From contig NIVC01001401.1 in assembly GCA_002269645.1 (NCBI GenBank), positions 200,761 to 264,760 of the forward strand: a stretch of 64,000 nucleotides of DNA, given 5' to 3'. Source of the DNA: Macrostomum lignano (lineage: Eukaryota). Of this stretch, positions 46,797 through 58,621 are shown in pieces. The notes below the pieces were generated by a model, which made no database searches, was not told where the DNA came from, and saw only the letters and a program-made list of their open reading frames with translations. Each line of letters begins with the position of its first letter. Position 1 is the stretch's first letter. A program made the position numbers and the translations under genes.

Positions 46797-49700
46797 GCAC
46801 ACACACACAGCTACCGCTTCAGTACTACAATCTGTTAAATTTTCTCCCGCTAGGCTGCATGGCTGAGAGACTCAAATCGAAGCTATTCGACGAGTCGTCC
46901 GTGGTTCGCGTCATCTGCGGTCCGGACGCGTACAGAGACCTGCCCAGACTGCTGGCGGATGCTGACAGCGGGCAAAGGGGCGGTGCGTGACTGACTGTAG
47001 ACTGCGGGCTGTCACGGGTGTCATAACTAGCTCATTGATGGGTGTCATAGACAGTTCATTGATGGGTGTCATAGACAGTTCATTGTTGGGTGTTATAGAC
47101 AGCTCATTGATGGGTGTTATAGACAGTTCATTGATGGGTGTCATAAGCAGCTCATTGATGGGTGTCATAAGCAGCTCATTGATGGGTGTCATAGACAGCT
47201 CATTGATGGGTGTCATAGACAGTTCATTGATGGGTGTCATAAGCAGCTCATTGATGGGTGTCATAGACAGCTCATTGATGGGTGTCATAGACAGTTCATT
47301 GATGGGTGTCATAGACAGTTCATTGATGGGTGTCATAAGCAGCTCATTGTTGGGTGTCATAAGCAGCTCATTGTTGGGTGTCATAGACAGCTCATTGATA
47401 AGTGTCATAAGCAGCTCATTGATGGGTGTCATAGACAGCTCATTGATGGGTGTCATAGACAGCTCATTGATGGGTGTCATAGACAGTTCATTGATGGGTG
47501 TCATAAGCAGCTCATTGATGGGTGTCATAGACAGTTCATTGATGGGTGTCATAAGCAGCTCATTGATGGGTGTCATAGACAGCTCATTGATGGGTGTCAT
47601 AGACAGTTCATTGATGGGTGTCATAGACAGTTCATTGATGGGTGTCATAAGCAGCTCATTGTTGGGTGTCATAAGCAGCTCATTGTTGGGTGTCATAGAC
47701 AGCTCATTGATAAGTGTCATAAGCAGCTCATTGATGGGTGTCATAGACAGCTCATTGATGGGTGTCATAGACAGCTCATTGATGGGTGTTATAGACAGCT
47801 CATTGATGGGTGTCATAGACAGTTCATTGATGGGTGTCATAAGCAGCTCATTGATGGGTGTCATAGACAGCTCATTGATGGGTGTTATAGACAGTTCATT
47901 GATGGGTGTTATAGACAGCTCATTGATGGGTGTTATAGACAGCTCATTGATGGGTGTTATAGACAGCTCATTGATGGGTGTTATAGACAGCTCATTGATG
48001 GGTGTCATAGACAGTTCATTGATGGGTGTCATAAACAGCTCATTGATGGGTGTCATAAGCAGCTCATTGATGGGTGTCATAGACAGCTCATTGATGGGTG
48101 TCATAAGCAGCTCATTGATGGGTGTCATAGACAGCTCATTGATGGGTGTCATAAGCAGCAGCTCATTGATGGGTGTCATAAGCAGCTCATTGTTGGGTGT
48201 CATAGACAGCTCATTAATGGGTGTCATAAGCAGCTCATTGATGGGTGTCAGAAGCAGCTCATTGATGGGTGTCACACAACCCCCGCAGCCAACACGCAGC
48301 TGTCCCTAGAGGAAACTTACGCAGACGTGAACCCGATCCGGGCCCAGCCCGAGTCCCCAGCAGCATTTGTGTCCATCATGCGCGGCTGTGACAATCATTG
48401 CGCATTCTGCGTTGTGCCGCAGACGCGCGGCAGAGAGCGGTCGACACCGGCGGACGCCGTGGCGGATCAAGTCGGCCGCCTGGTGGACGGAGGCGTCCGC
48501 GAGGTCACCCTGCTTGGCCAGAACGTCAACAGCTATCGGGACGTCAGCTCCGCAGGCGTGTCCGCCGCTGGCCGGACGCCCGGCTTCTCGGCCGTCTACG
48601 CCGAACGAATCGGCGGGCTGCAATTCCCGGACCTGTTGGACAGGCTGAGCGCCGGATATCCGGCCTGTAGGTTTCGCTTCACTTCGCCGCATCCGAAAGA
48701 TTTCCCAGCCAGCCTGCTGCAGCTGATTGGGGAGCGGCCCAACTTAGCCAAACAGCTGCACCTGCCGGCGCAGAGCGGCTCCACCGCCGTGCTGCAACGG
48801 ATGCGGCGAGGCTACAGTCGGGAGGCCTACCTGCGACTGGTTGACGACGCCCGGGCCGCGGTGCCAAATCTGGCCATCACCGGGGATATCATCTGCGGAT
48901 TCTGCGGCGAGACGGAGGCTGATCACGAGGATACGCTGGAGCTGCTGCGGCTGGTGCGTTACAGCTTTGTGTACCACTATGCCTATAGCGTGAGAGAGCG
49001 GACCAGGGCCCACCGGCTGATGAAGGATGATGTGCCCGAGGAGGTTAAGGTGACGGTTTTGTTTACCTGACTCTTATTTACTTTGGGAGCTGTGCGTTGC
49101 TTTTTGGTTAGACTTTGAGGTATGAGGTAGATGTCAGGTAGATTTCATGTAGATATCATGTAGATATCAGTCAGGTAGATATCATGTAGATGTCAGGTAG
49201 ATGTCAGGTAGATGTCAGGTAGATGTCAGGTAGATGTCAGGTAGATTTCATGTAGATTTCATGTAGATGTCAGGTAGATTTCAGGTAGATGTCAGGTAGA
49301 TGTCAGGTAGATGTCAGGTAGATGTCAGGTAGATTTCATGTAGATTTCATGTAGATGTCAGGTAGATTTCATGTAGATTTCATGTAGATGTCATGTAGAT
49401 GTCAGGTAGATGTCAGGTAGATTTCAAGTAGATTTCAGGTAGATTTCAGGTAGATGTCAGGTAGATTTCAAGTAGATGTCAGGTAGATTTCAGGTAGATG
49501 TCAGGTAGATGTCAGGTAGATTTCATGTAGATGTCATGTAGATGTCAGGTAGATGTCAGGTAGATTTCATGTAGATGTCAGGTAAATGTCAGGTAGATTT
49601 CAGGTAGACATCTACCCAGCCATCGGTTGCTATGGATACCGTGTACATCATTGCAGATGCGCCGCAGCGCCGAGGTCGATCGGGTGTTCCGCGACATCGC

Positions 49701-50010
49701 CAGCGCCGACAACCAGCTGTCTGTCGGGCAGCACCAGCTGGTTCTCATCGAAGGCGACAGTCGGCGCTCCGCTGACTGGTGGCGCGGCCGCAACGACCAG
49801 GGCATCCGGGTGCTGCTGCCCAAGCTGCCGCAGTCTGCGCAGCGAATTCACCAGTTCGACATTCGCGTCGGTGATTTCGTTGCCGCCCGAGTCGACAGCG
49901 CCGGCGCGCAGACGCTGCTGGCCGAGCCGCTGGCGCCGGTGCCCGACGGACCGGCCGGGTTTGCCAGCGCTCTGGCCGAACTGGACAGCTCCCGCCCGCT
50001 GCCGGCTTAG
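45270..50010 (+). CDS. CDK5RAP1: CDK5RAP1 / MiaB-like radical-SAM tRNA methylthiotransferase, 6 exons, 5' end unresolved
   Basis: Exons ~45270-45529, 46045-46148, 46240-46360, 46854-46982, 48289-49049 and 49657-50010 are phase-compatible. Motifs: [55 protein letters not shown] (CxxxCxxC), [16 protein letters not shown] and a C-terminal TRAM-like region. Confidence 0.92.
45563..46044 (+). repeat. 21-bp intronic minisatellite (TACCCGCCTCATTCCCTTCAG)n ending exactly at the 3' splice site
   Basis: About 22 units. The last unit's CAG is the acceptor of the exon starting at 46045. Confidence 0.95.
46375..46810. repeat. ~44-bp intronic minisatellite (CTGTGACTAGGATTAGCGACTGTTCACCAATATGTGTTCACACAC-like) followed by (CA)n
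   Basis: Tandem periodicity. Confidence 0.88.
47013..48275. repeat. 24-bp intronic minisatellite (CTCATTGATGGGTGTCATAGACAG)n
   Basis: About 52 units. The MTPINELS / MGVIDSSL ORFs are translations of the unit. Confidence 0.97.
49128..49610. repeat. 11-bp intronic minisatellite (ATGTCAGGTAG / ATTTCAGGTAG / ATTTCATGTAG)n
   Basis: Tandem periodicity in the last CDK5RAP1 intron. Confidence 0.95.
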
Positions 50011-50011
50011 G

Positions 50012-50440
50012 GGCCCTCCCTCTGCCCTCCCTTCTGCCCTCTCTGCCCTCCTCTCTGCCCTCCCCTCTGCCCTCCCCTCTGCCCTCTACTCTTCCCTCCC
50101 CTCTGCCCTCCCTTCTGCCTCCCCTCTGCCCTCCCCTCTGCCCTCCCCTCTGCCCTCCCCTCTGCCCTCCCTCTGCCCTCCCCTCTGCCCTCTACTCTGC
50201 CCTCCCCTCTGCCCTCCCCTCTGCCCTCCCCTCTGCCCTCCCCTCTGCCCTCCCCTCTGCCCTCCCCTCTGCCCTCCCCTCTGCCCTCCCTCTGCCCTCC
50301 CCTCTGCCCTCCCCTCTGCCCTCCCCTCTGCTCTCCCCTCTGCTCTCCCCTCTGCCATCCTTTCTGCCCTCCCTCTGCACTCCCCTATGCCCTCCTCTCA
50401 CTCTCCCCCCCTCTCCCATTTTCCTTCTCATCCTTTTTGC
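50012..50440. repeat. 12-bp CT-rich repeat (CTCTGCCCTCCC)n immediately after the CDK5RAP1 stop
   Basis: Direct. Confidence 0.93.
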
Positions 50441-50689
50441 ATATGACCTTTCTCCCCTGACTGACTCCGCAACATAATTTCTAGCGCATTTTTACGAGCA
50501 AACTTTCTGCAGGGCTGGAACACCGTTTAATTGAGTTGCTTGATACCATGGTGTGCTTTAAGTCTTACCGGTACTGTGTTCCAATGCCTATGACTTCGAT
50601 TGTTGTCAATCAGTTCTCCTTAGTTATAGCTTCACACATTCAATTTTGGCCTGTGAATAATAATATTAAGCTTTAATCGGCATCATTTG

Positions 50690-51020
50690 ACAACAATTGA
50701 CTCAGTCAGTCAGTCAAAACGTTGATGACATCATGAAGAAACTAAGAGACTTCGCCAGCTACTTTGAAAGGCTGGAAGTTCGAAAATGACCAGCTTCTGG
50801 TCAACACTGCCCAGAAAACATGGGCTATTGGTTATCAGCATTGCGGCCGTTGAGCAGATTTGCTTTAGATCTTCACTCTTCAAAGAGGGTGCAGACTTCA
50901 AGCCTTTGAGATACCTCATGACGGTAAAGTTTTCTCAGGACCCGTTGGAATGCTCATTTGATGCAATCCTGTCGCGTTCGGGACTAACAGTCACCCCAAT
51001 TTGTGCTAGAGGAAAATATT
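50690..51020 (+). pseudogene. P-element / THAP9-like transposase remnant
   Basis: Frameshifted LLVNTAQKTWAIG / LVISIAAVEQIC / LRYLMTVKFSQDPLECSFDAILSRSG matches the P-transposase C-terminal YLLTYKFSQDxLE motif. Confidence 0.75.
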
Positions 51021-51205
51021 CACTACGTAGACAGAAAGTTATTTTTAAGACTCAAATCTGAAGCTACGAGCTCTTTACATATGAAACTGTCTATGGCAAA
51101 ACCTTTAAAATCAAGATATGCCTCAATACACAGAACCTTGAGTATTCACACAATCCTCGTATTTGTGAATAGCTCCATATTGAGCAGTCTCAGCACTCTC
51201 TGCGA

Positions 51206-51757
51206 TTGTCATTTGTCACAGTCAAGGTCACTACCAGCAGCAACAACATGCACGCACTGCTAGAGGCCAAAGCCTGTCTGATCCACAGCGCCCTCAGCCG
51301 GCCAGTGGATGGCCAGCAGGTGGTGAACTGCTCAGAGCTGGCCAAGAAGCTGGTGCTAGCCGAGGAGAAGGCTCGCAGGCAGTACATTGAGAACACGCGC
51401 AACGCCAAGCTGCGCCCGATCTACAAGCTGGACGAAGAGAAACTGCAGAGCGACTTTCGAGTGCTGAAGTTTATCGGTTGCGAGCTGTTCTCGCAGACTC
51501 TGCCGGATCATGTGACTAAATCGGAGCTCGTGGACTTTGTCATTACGGTGTACGGCAACGGCCGAGAGTGCAGCGTGTCCCAGCGGCTGTTCCAGCTGAT
51601 TGACGGCCAGAACTCCGGCAGGGTGAACCAGCTGGATTTGACAATTTATTGCGAACCGATTCTGACAAAACCGGTGCTGCAGGAGCTGGCCGGCCTGGGG
51701 CAGTCAATTAATTTTGATCAGTTTAAACGGCTCAATATTACTAATGCGTACAAGTAG
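51206..51757 (+). CDS. EF-hand-like small protein (unassigned)
   Basis: GC-rich 183-aa ORF with an EF-hand-like segment, LFQLIDGQNSGRVNQLDL. It may start at ATG 51248 or be a last exon (acceptor-like TTGTCACAG at ~51220). Confidence 0.55.
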   Translation: MSFVTVKVTTSSNNMHALLEAKACLIHSALSRPVDGQQVVNCSELAKKLVLAEEKARRQYIENTRNAKLRPIYKLDEEKLQSDFRVLKFIGCELFSQTLPDHVTKSELVDFVITVYGNGRECSVSQRLFQLIDGQNSGRVNQLDLTIYCEPILTKPVLQELAGLGQSINFDQFKRLNITNAYK

Positions 51758-51778
51758 GAGGGCTTTCAGTTTTTATTG

Positions 51779-51950
51779 CAGGGCGGTTAGCAAACAAACA
51801 GGCCAGATCAAGAATCTAGCTTATGGCTGCTGGCCAGGTGAGAGGAGATCAGAGATGAGAGAAGAGGGAAGAGAAGGGAGAAGTGAGAGAAGAGATCGGA
51901 GATGAGAGAATGAGTGCTAACACAGGAGTCACCGTGAGAGCACGGCCTAA
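51779..51950 (-). mobile_element. Third, partial copy of the 14293 hAT MITE
   Basis: CAGGGCGGTTAGCAAAC..GGCCAGATCAAGAATCT..GGCCAG then a GA-rich tract resembles the reverse complement of 14480-14563. Confidence 0.55.
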
Positions 51951-52194
51951 TTAATAATGAATTCATGTTATTAACTTACTGCCCCGAGTTCGGGACCCTG
52001 CATGCCCTGCTGAGACGATATTTTACTACAACTTTTTTTGCATAATCCACCATTCTGCCATCAAGGTCCAGAGTAACCGATCAAAATTGACTTGTTTGCA
52101 TCTCAAAAAAACTGAAGTTTGAAGTCATAAACAATAAGTATTGAAGTCCATTGTTGGCTAAATGATCATGCACTGCTTCCCAGGGAAATTTCGC

Positions 52195-54077
52195 GTCCTA
52201 ATCTCACCCTGTCTGTCCTAATCTCCCCCTTCTGTCCTAATCTCACCCTTGTCTGTCCTAATCTCACCCTTTCTGTCCTAATCTCACCTTGTCTGTCCTA
52301 ATCTCACCATTTCTGTCCTAATCTCACCCTGTCTGTCCTAATCTCACCATTTCTGTCCTAATCTCACCATTTCTGTCCTAATCTCACCCTTTCTGTCTTA
52401 ATCTCCCCCTTCTGTCTTAATCTCCCCCTTCTGTCTTAATCTCACCCTTCTGTCCTAATCTCACCCTTTCTGTCCTAATCTCACCCTGTCTGTCCTAATC
52501 CCCCCTGTCTTAATCTCCCCCTTCTGTCCTAATCTCACCCTTGTCTGTCCTAATCTCACCCTTTCTGTCCTAATCTCACCTTGTCTGTCCTAATCTCACC
52601 ATTTCTGTCCTAATCTCACCCTGTCTGTCCTAATCTCACCATTTCTGTCCTAATCTCACCATTTCTGTCCTAATCTCACCCTTTCTGTCTTAATCTCCCC
52701 CTTCTGTCTTAATCTCCCCTTCTGTCTTAATCTCACCCTTCTGTCCTAATCTCACCCTTTCTGTCCTAATCCCCCTCTGTCTTAATCTCCCCTTCTGTCC
52801 TAATCTCACTATTTCTGTCTTAATCTCCCCCTTCTGTCCTAATCTCACCATTTCTGTCTTAATCTCACCCTTCTGTCCTAATCTCACCCTTTCTGTCCTA
52901 ATCCCCCCCTCTGTCTTAATCTCCCCCTTCTGTCCTAATCTCACTATTTCTGTCTTAATCTCCCCCTTCTGTCCTAATCTCACCATTTCTGTCTTAATCT
53001 CCCCCTTCTGTCCTAATCTCACCCTGTCTGTCCTAATCTCACCATTTCTGTCCTAATCTCACCCTGTCTGTCCTAATCTCACCCTTTGTGTCCTAATCTC
53101 ACCCTTCTGTCCTAATCTCACCATTTCTGTCCTAATCTCACCCTGTCTGTCCTAATCTCACCCTTGTCTGTCCTAATCTCACCATTTCTGTCCTAATCTC
53201 ACCCTGTCTGTCCTAATCTCACCATTTCTGTCCTAATCTCACCCTTTATGTCCTAATCTCACCCTTCTGTCCTAATCTCACCATTTCTGTCTTAATCTCC
53301 CCCTTCTGTCCTAATCTCACCCTGTCTGTCCTAATCTCACCATTTCTGTCCTAATCTCACCCTGTCTGTCCTAATCTCAACCTGTCTGTCCTAATCTCAC
53401 CATTTCTGTCCTAATCTCACCCTTTGTGTCCTAATCTCACCCTTTCTGTCCTAATCTCACCCTTTCTGTCCTAATCTCACCCTGTCTGTCTTAATCTCAC
53501 CCTGTCTGTCCTAATCTCACCATTTCTGTCCTAATCTCACCCTGTCTGTCCTAATCTCACCCTGTCTGTCCTAATCTCACCATTTCTGTCCTAATCTCAC
53601 CCTTTCTGTCCTAATCTCACCCTTTCTGTCCTAATCTCACCCTGTCTGTCTTAATCTCACCCTGTCTGTCCTAATCTCACCATTTCTGTCCTAATCTCAC
53701 CCTGTCTGTCCTAATCTCACCCTTTCTGTCCTAATCTCACCCTTCTGTCCTAATCTCACCATTTCTGTCCTAATCTCACCCTTTCTGTCCTAATCTCACC
53801 ATTTCTGTCCTAATCTCACCCTGTCTGTCCTAATCTCACCCTTCTGTCCTAATCTCACCATTTCTGTCCTAATCTCACCCTTTCTGTCCTAATCTCACCC
53901 TTTCTGTCCTAATCTCACCCTGTCTGTCCTAATCTCACCCTTTGTGTCCTAATCTCACCCTTCTGTTCTAATCTCACCCTTCTGTCTTAATCTCACCCTT
54001 TCTGTCCTAATCTCACCCTTTCTGTCCTAATCTCACCCTTCTGTTCTAATCTCACCCTTCTGTCCTAATCGCACCTT
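52195..54077. repeat. 20-21-bp satellite (CTGTCCTAATCTCACCCTGT/TT)n
   Basis: Tandem periodicity. One more unit (TAATCTCACCCTTC) follows the LINE at 56136. Confidence 0.97.
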
Positions 54078-56135
<2,058 letters not shown>

Positions 56136-56749
56136 TAATCTCACCCTTCGACAGCAGTACATGCACATATTATGAACTTTACGAGCTAAACACTTCTTTT
56201 CTTACTTAAAGTAGTTAAATTGTATCTCACTAGACTTTAAACTCCCTAAGCCAATACCGGGCATCAGATGATTTTTCATAAGCTAAGGACCATTTGATAA
56301 ATTTTATTTCATTTTTCCAAATTGAAGGCAATAAGCCAAAAGCCCTAAGTGCCGGTCTGCTGACTCTAGCCCTGCTAAATAATTCATATTTGATTTGCAA
56401 TGACTGAGCAGTTATCATAAAAAGCTGGACCCCATGAAGTCTCTCATAACTCTTGTCTGCAGTCCCGCCCGCGTCTATAGCATTGAGTTGAGCTGCAGGT
56501 ATGTTGAGAAGCCCCAGCTCTGCCCTACCTCAACATCGTTAACTCTCGTCTGGAAAAGCAATATTTCAGTGTTTTATTTCGTTGCTACCCGGAGGGGTAG
56601 AAATTATCCCATCGCGACTGGGGGCGCGGGGTTGTGGCTTCCAGTTATTACATGCCTCACATTTTATATATAAATTTAGCTGGTAGGATTTATCAGCTCA
56701 TTCCAAGCCTCATCCTTCTATACTAAGCAATTTAGCAAACAACAAAGTC

Positions 56750-57772
56750 ATGGGCACGAGTTTGACGGCAACTCTGGCACTGCAGGTGCTGCTGCTCTCG
56801 GCCGAATCAACTGCCGCCTGCAGTGCCAGCAGTCGCTGGTGCAAATACCCAACTATCCAGTGCTTGAATGCGAGCCTGGCCCTGATTAAATGGCATTCGA
56901 TGACAAGCCTGCAGAGCTGCTTATTTAAAGCTAGTCGCCAGCCAGACTCAACAGAAGATTCACTGGTGCAGTGGAACGGGCAGACCGGCGTGTGCTCGAT
57001 ATTCCAATACCAGCAGATATGCCGAGCCGCTAGCAGTGCTGTGGTAAGCGACTGCTCAACTTATCGGCTTCAAGCACTGGCCACCTGCGAGGCTTCTGTG
57101 ACAATCGGCTCTCCACTGATTGGCGTGTGGCTGGCCGGTAGGCGGCACAGGCTGAGCAATCTGGTGTGCCAGCCCGAGCCCAGCAATTATCAATTTGAGA
57201 GCACCAATCTGCTTTGGACTGATGAAGGCGCCAGCTTTGACGGCTCAACTTCTTACGGTCTGCTGAGGAATGAGCACTTTGTATCGAATAATAGTTTGTC
57301 AAATTTCACCTGGCTGATCCGGCTGAAGCGGGTGCCAAAAATTCAGCCGTTCATCGAATTCGTGGCCTGCTCAGACGGTTCTCAGGGACCCCAGCTGTGG
57401 GAATTCGACGAGGCCAACATGCTGTTTTTTAATAAAGCCGGGCCATCGTCTGAGGGCACCGATTTCTCTATTCACTCGGACTCTTCGGTTATGCCCGGCG
57501 ACCAGAACACCTGGATTGATGTTGGCATTGCTGCCGGGCCTAGCGATACTACTAGCAGCCTGTTTGCAGGCCAACAAATGCTTGCTACGGTTCGAACTTC
57601 GCGAAATCACATCACGCGGCCGTACAATTGCTTCTTTATGGGGCTTGGCCGCAGATTCTCTGGCTCGAGCAGCCGCTATCTGGAGGGAGTCGTCAGCGCA
57701 GTGGCCATTGCCAAAGTGAAAATGTCCGAGCTGCAGATGCGACAGGTTTTTGAAGCTTTTCCGCCGCGCTAG
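56750..57772 (+). CDS. Secreted protein: signal peptide, Cys-rich PAN/apple-like region, LamG/ConA-like C-terminal domain
   Basis: Intronless 340-aa ORF. Hydrophobic N-terminus LTATLALQVLLLSAESTA; SLQSCLF..WNGQTGVCSIF (PAN-like); MGLGRR..RYLEGVVSAVAI..MSELQMRQVF (LamG_3-like end). Domain calls are by eye. Confidence 0.7.
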   Translation: MGTSLTATLALQVLLLSAESTAACSASSRWCKYPTIQCLNASLALIKWHSMTSLQSCLFKASRQPDSTEDSLVQWNGQTGVCSIFQYQQICRAASSAVVSDCSTYRLQALATCEASVTIGSPLIGVWLAGRRHRLSNLVCQPEPSNYQFESTNLLWTDEGASFDGSTSYGLLRNEHFVSNNSLSNFTWLIRLKRVPKIQPFIEFVACSDGSQGPQLWEFDEANMLFFNKAGPSSEGTDFSIHSDSSVMPGDQNTWIDVGIAAGPSDTTSSLFAGQQMLATVRTSRNHITRPYNCFFMGLGRRFSGSSSRYLEGVVSAVAIAKVKMSELQMRQVFEAFPPR

Positions 57773-57986
57773 ACGCTTGAGCTGATTCTGAGCACGAGGC
57801 ATTGCCATCATTCTCTCAAATGTTTTTTCTCTCTTTCTGACTCAGCTTTAAGCACCGAACACGTCAACTTATCAAAGCTTTTTTATTCAACCTGAAAACT
57901 AAATATAAAGTTATCTACACACCCTTACTACTGAATGATAAGAGTAGTACATTTTCGAGCCACCAAATTTCATCGAATCTGTTGCT

Positions 57987-58310
57987 GGCATGACGGCATT
58001 CGAGCAGTGGTTTGAGCGTCGGACTCACGACTGAAAGGTCGGGGGTTCGATTCCCGATCCCACTCGGAACAATCTGTGTCCTTGAGCAAGACACTTAACT
58101 CTTGCATTGCTTCAGTTCACCCAGCTGTAAAATGGGTGCCAGCATTAGCTGGGGTAATTGAGGCTGTGTGTGGCGACCCCCCAGTCCTTGGACTGGGCAG
58201 CCGTACGCAGCCTTCAGATGCGCCGCGCAATAGCTGCGGCTGAGCTGTCGGTTGCACATCTGCCTGCCCAAGCACACTAGCTTCATTTAACCAAACAAAC
58301 TTACTTTAAG
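57987..58310 (+). mobile_element. tRNA-derived SINE with CORE-like central domain
   Basis: A-box-like GAGCAGTGG and B-box GGTTCGATTCC, then TGTGTCCTTGAGCAAGACACTTAAC...CAGCTGTAAAATGGG, which resembles the MIR/CORE domain. Confidence 0.75.
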
Positions 58311-58621
58311 CAGTCAGTTACCTGAATTTATGGAAGTCGCTATATCCTCAGGCCAAAATATGCGCAAGAGATCACAGCTCCAGGCTACAGAAAAGAGAAA
58401 CAAAGAAAGCGCAGAGTAGGCACCGGATTTCTGTCACAAACATTGCCGCTAAGCAGAGAAATTAGTTGGGACAATCAGGCCTGACTGACTCAACTATCAG
58501 CCATTTAAAACGATTTTCTTCTGCTTTTATTCAGTTTTAAAACTTCCACACTTACTTATACTACTTACAGATCTCAGCGCTAGTAAGTAGTATAATAAAT
58601 AGATGATTAATAAACGCAAAG

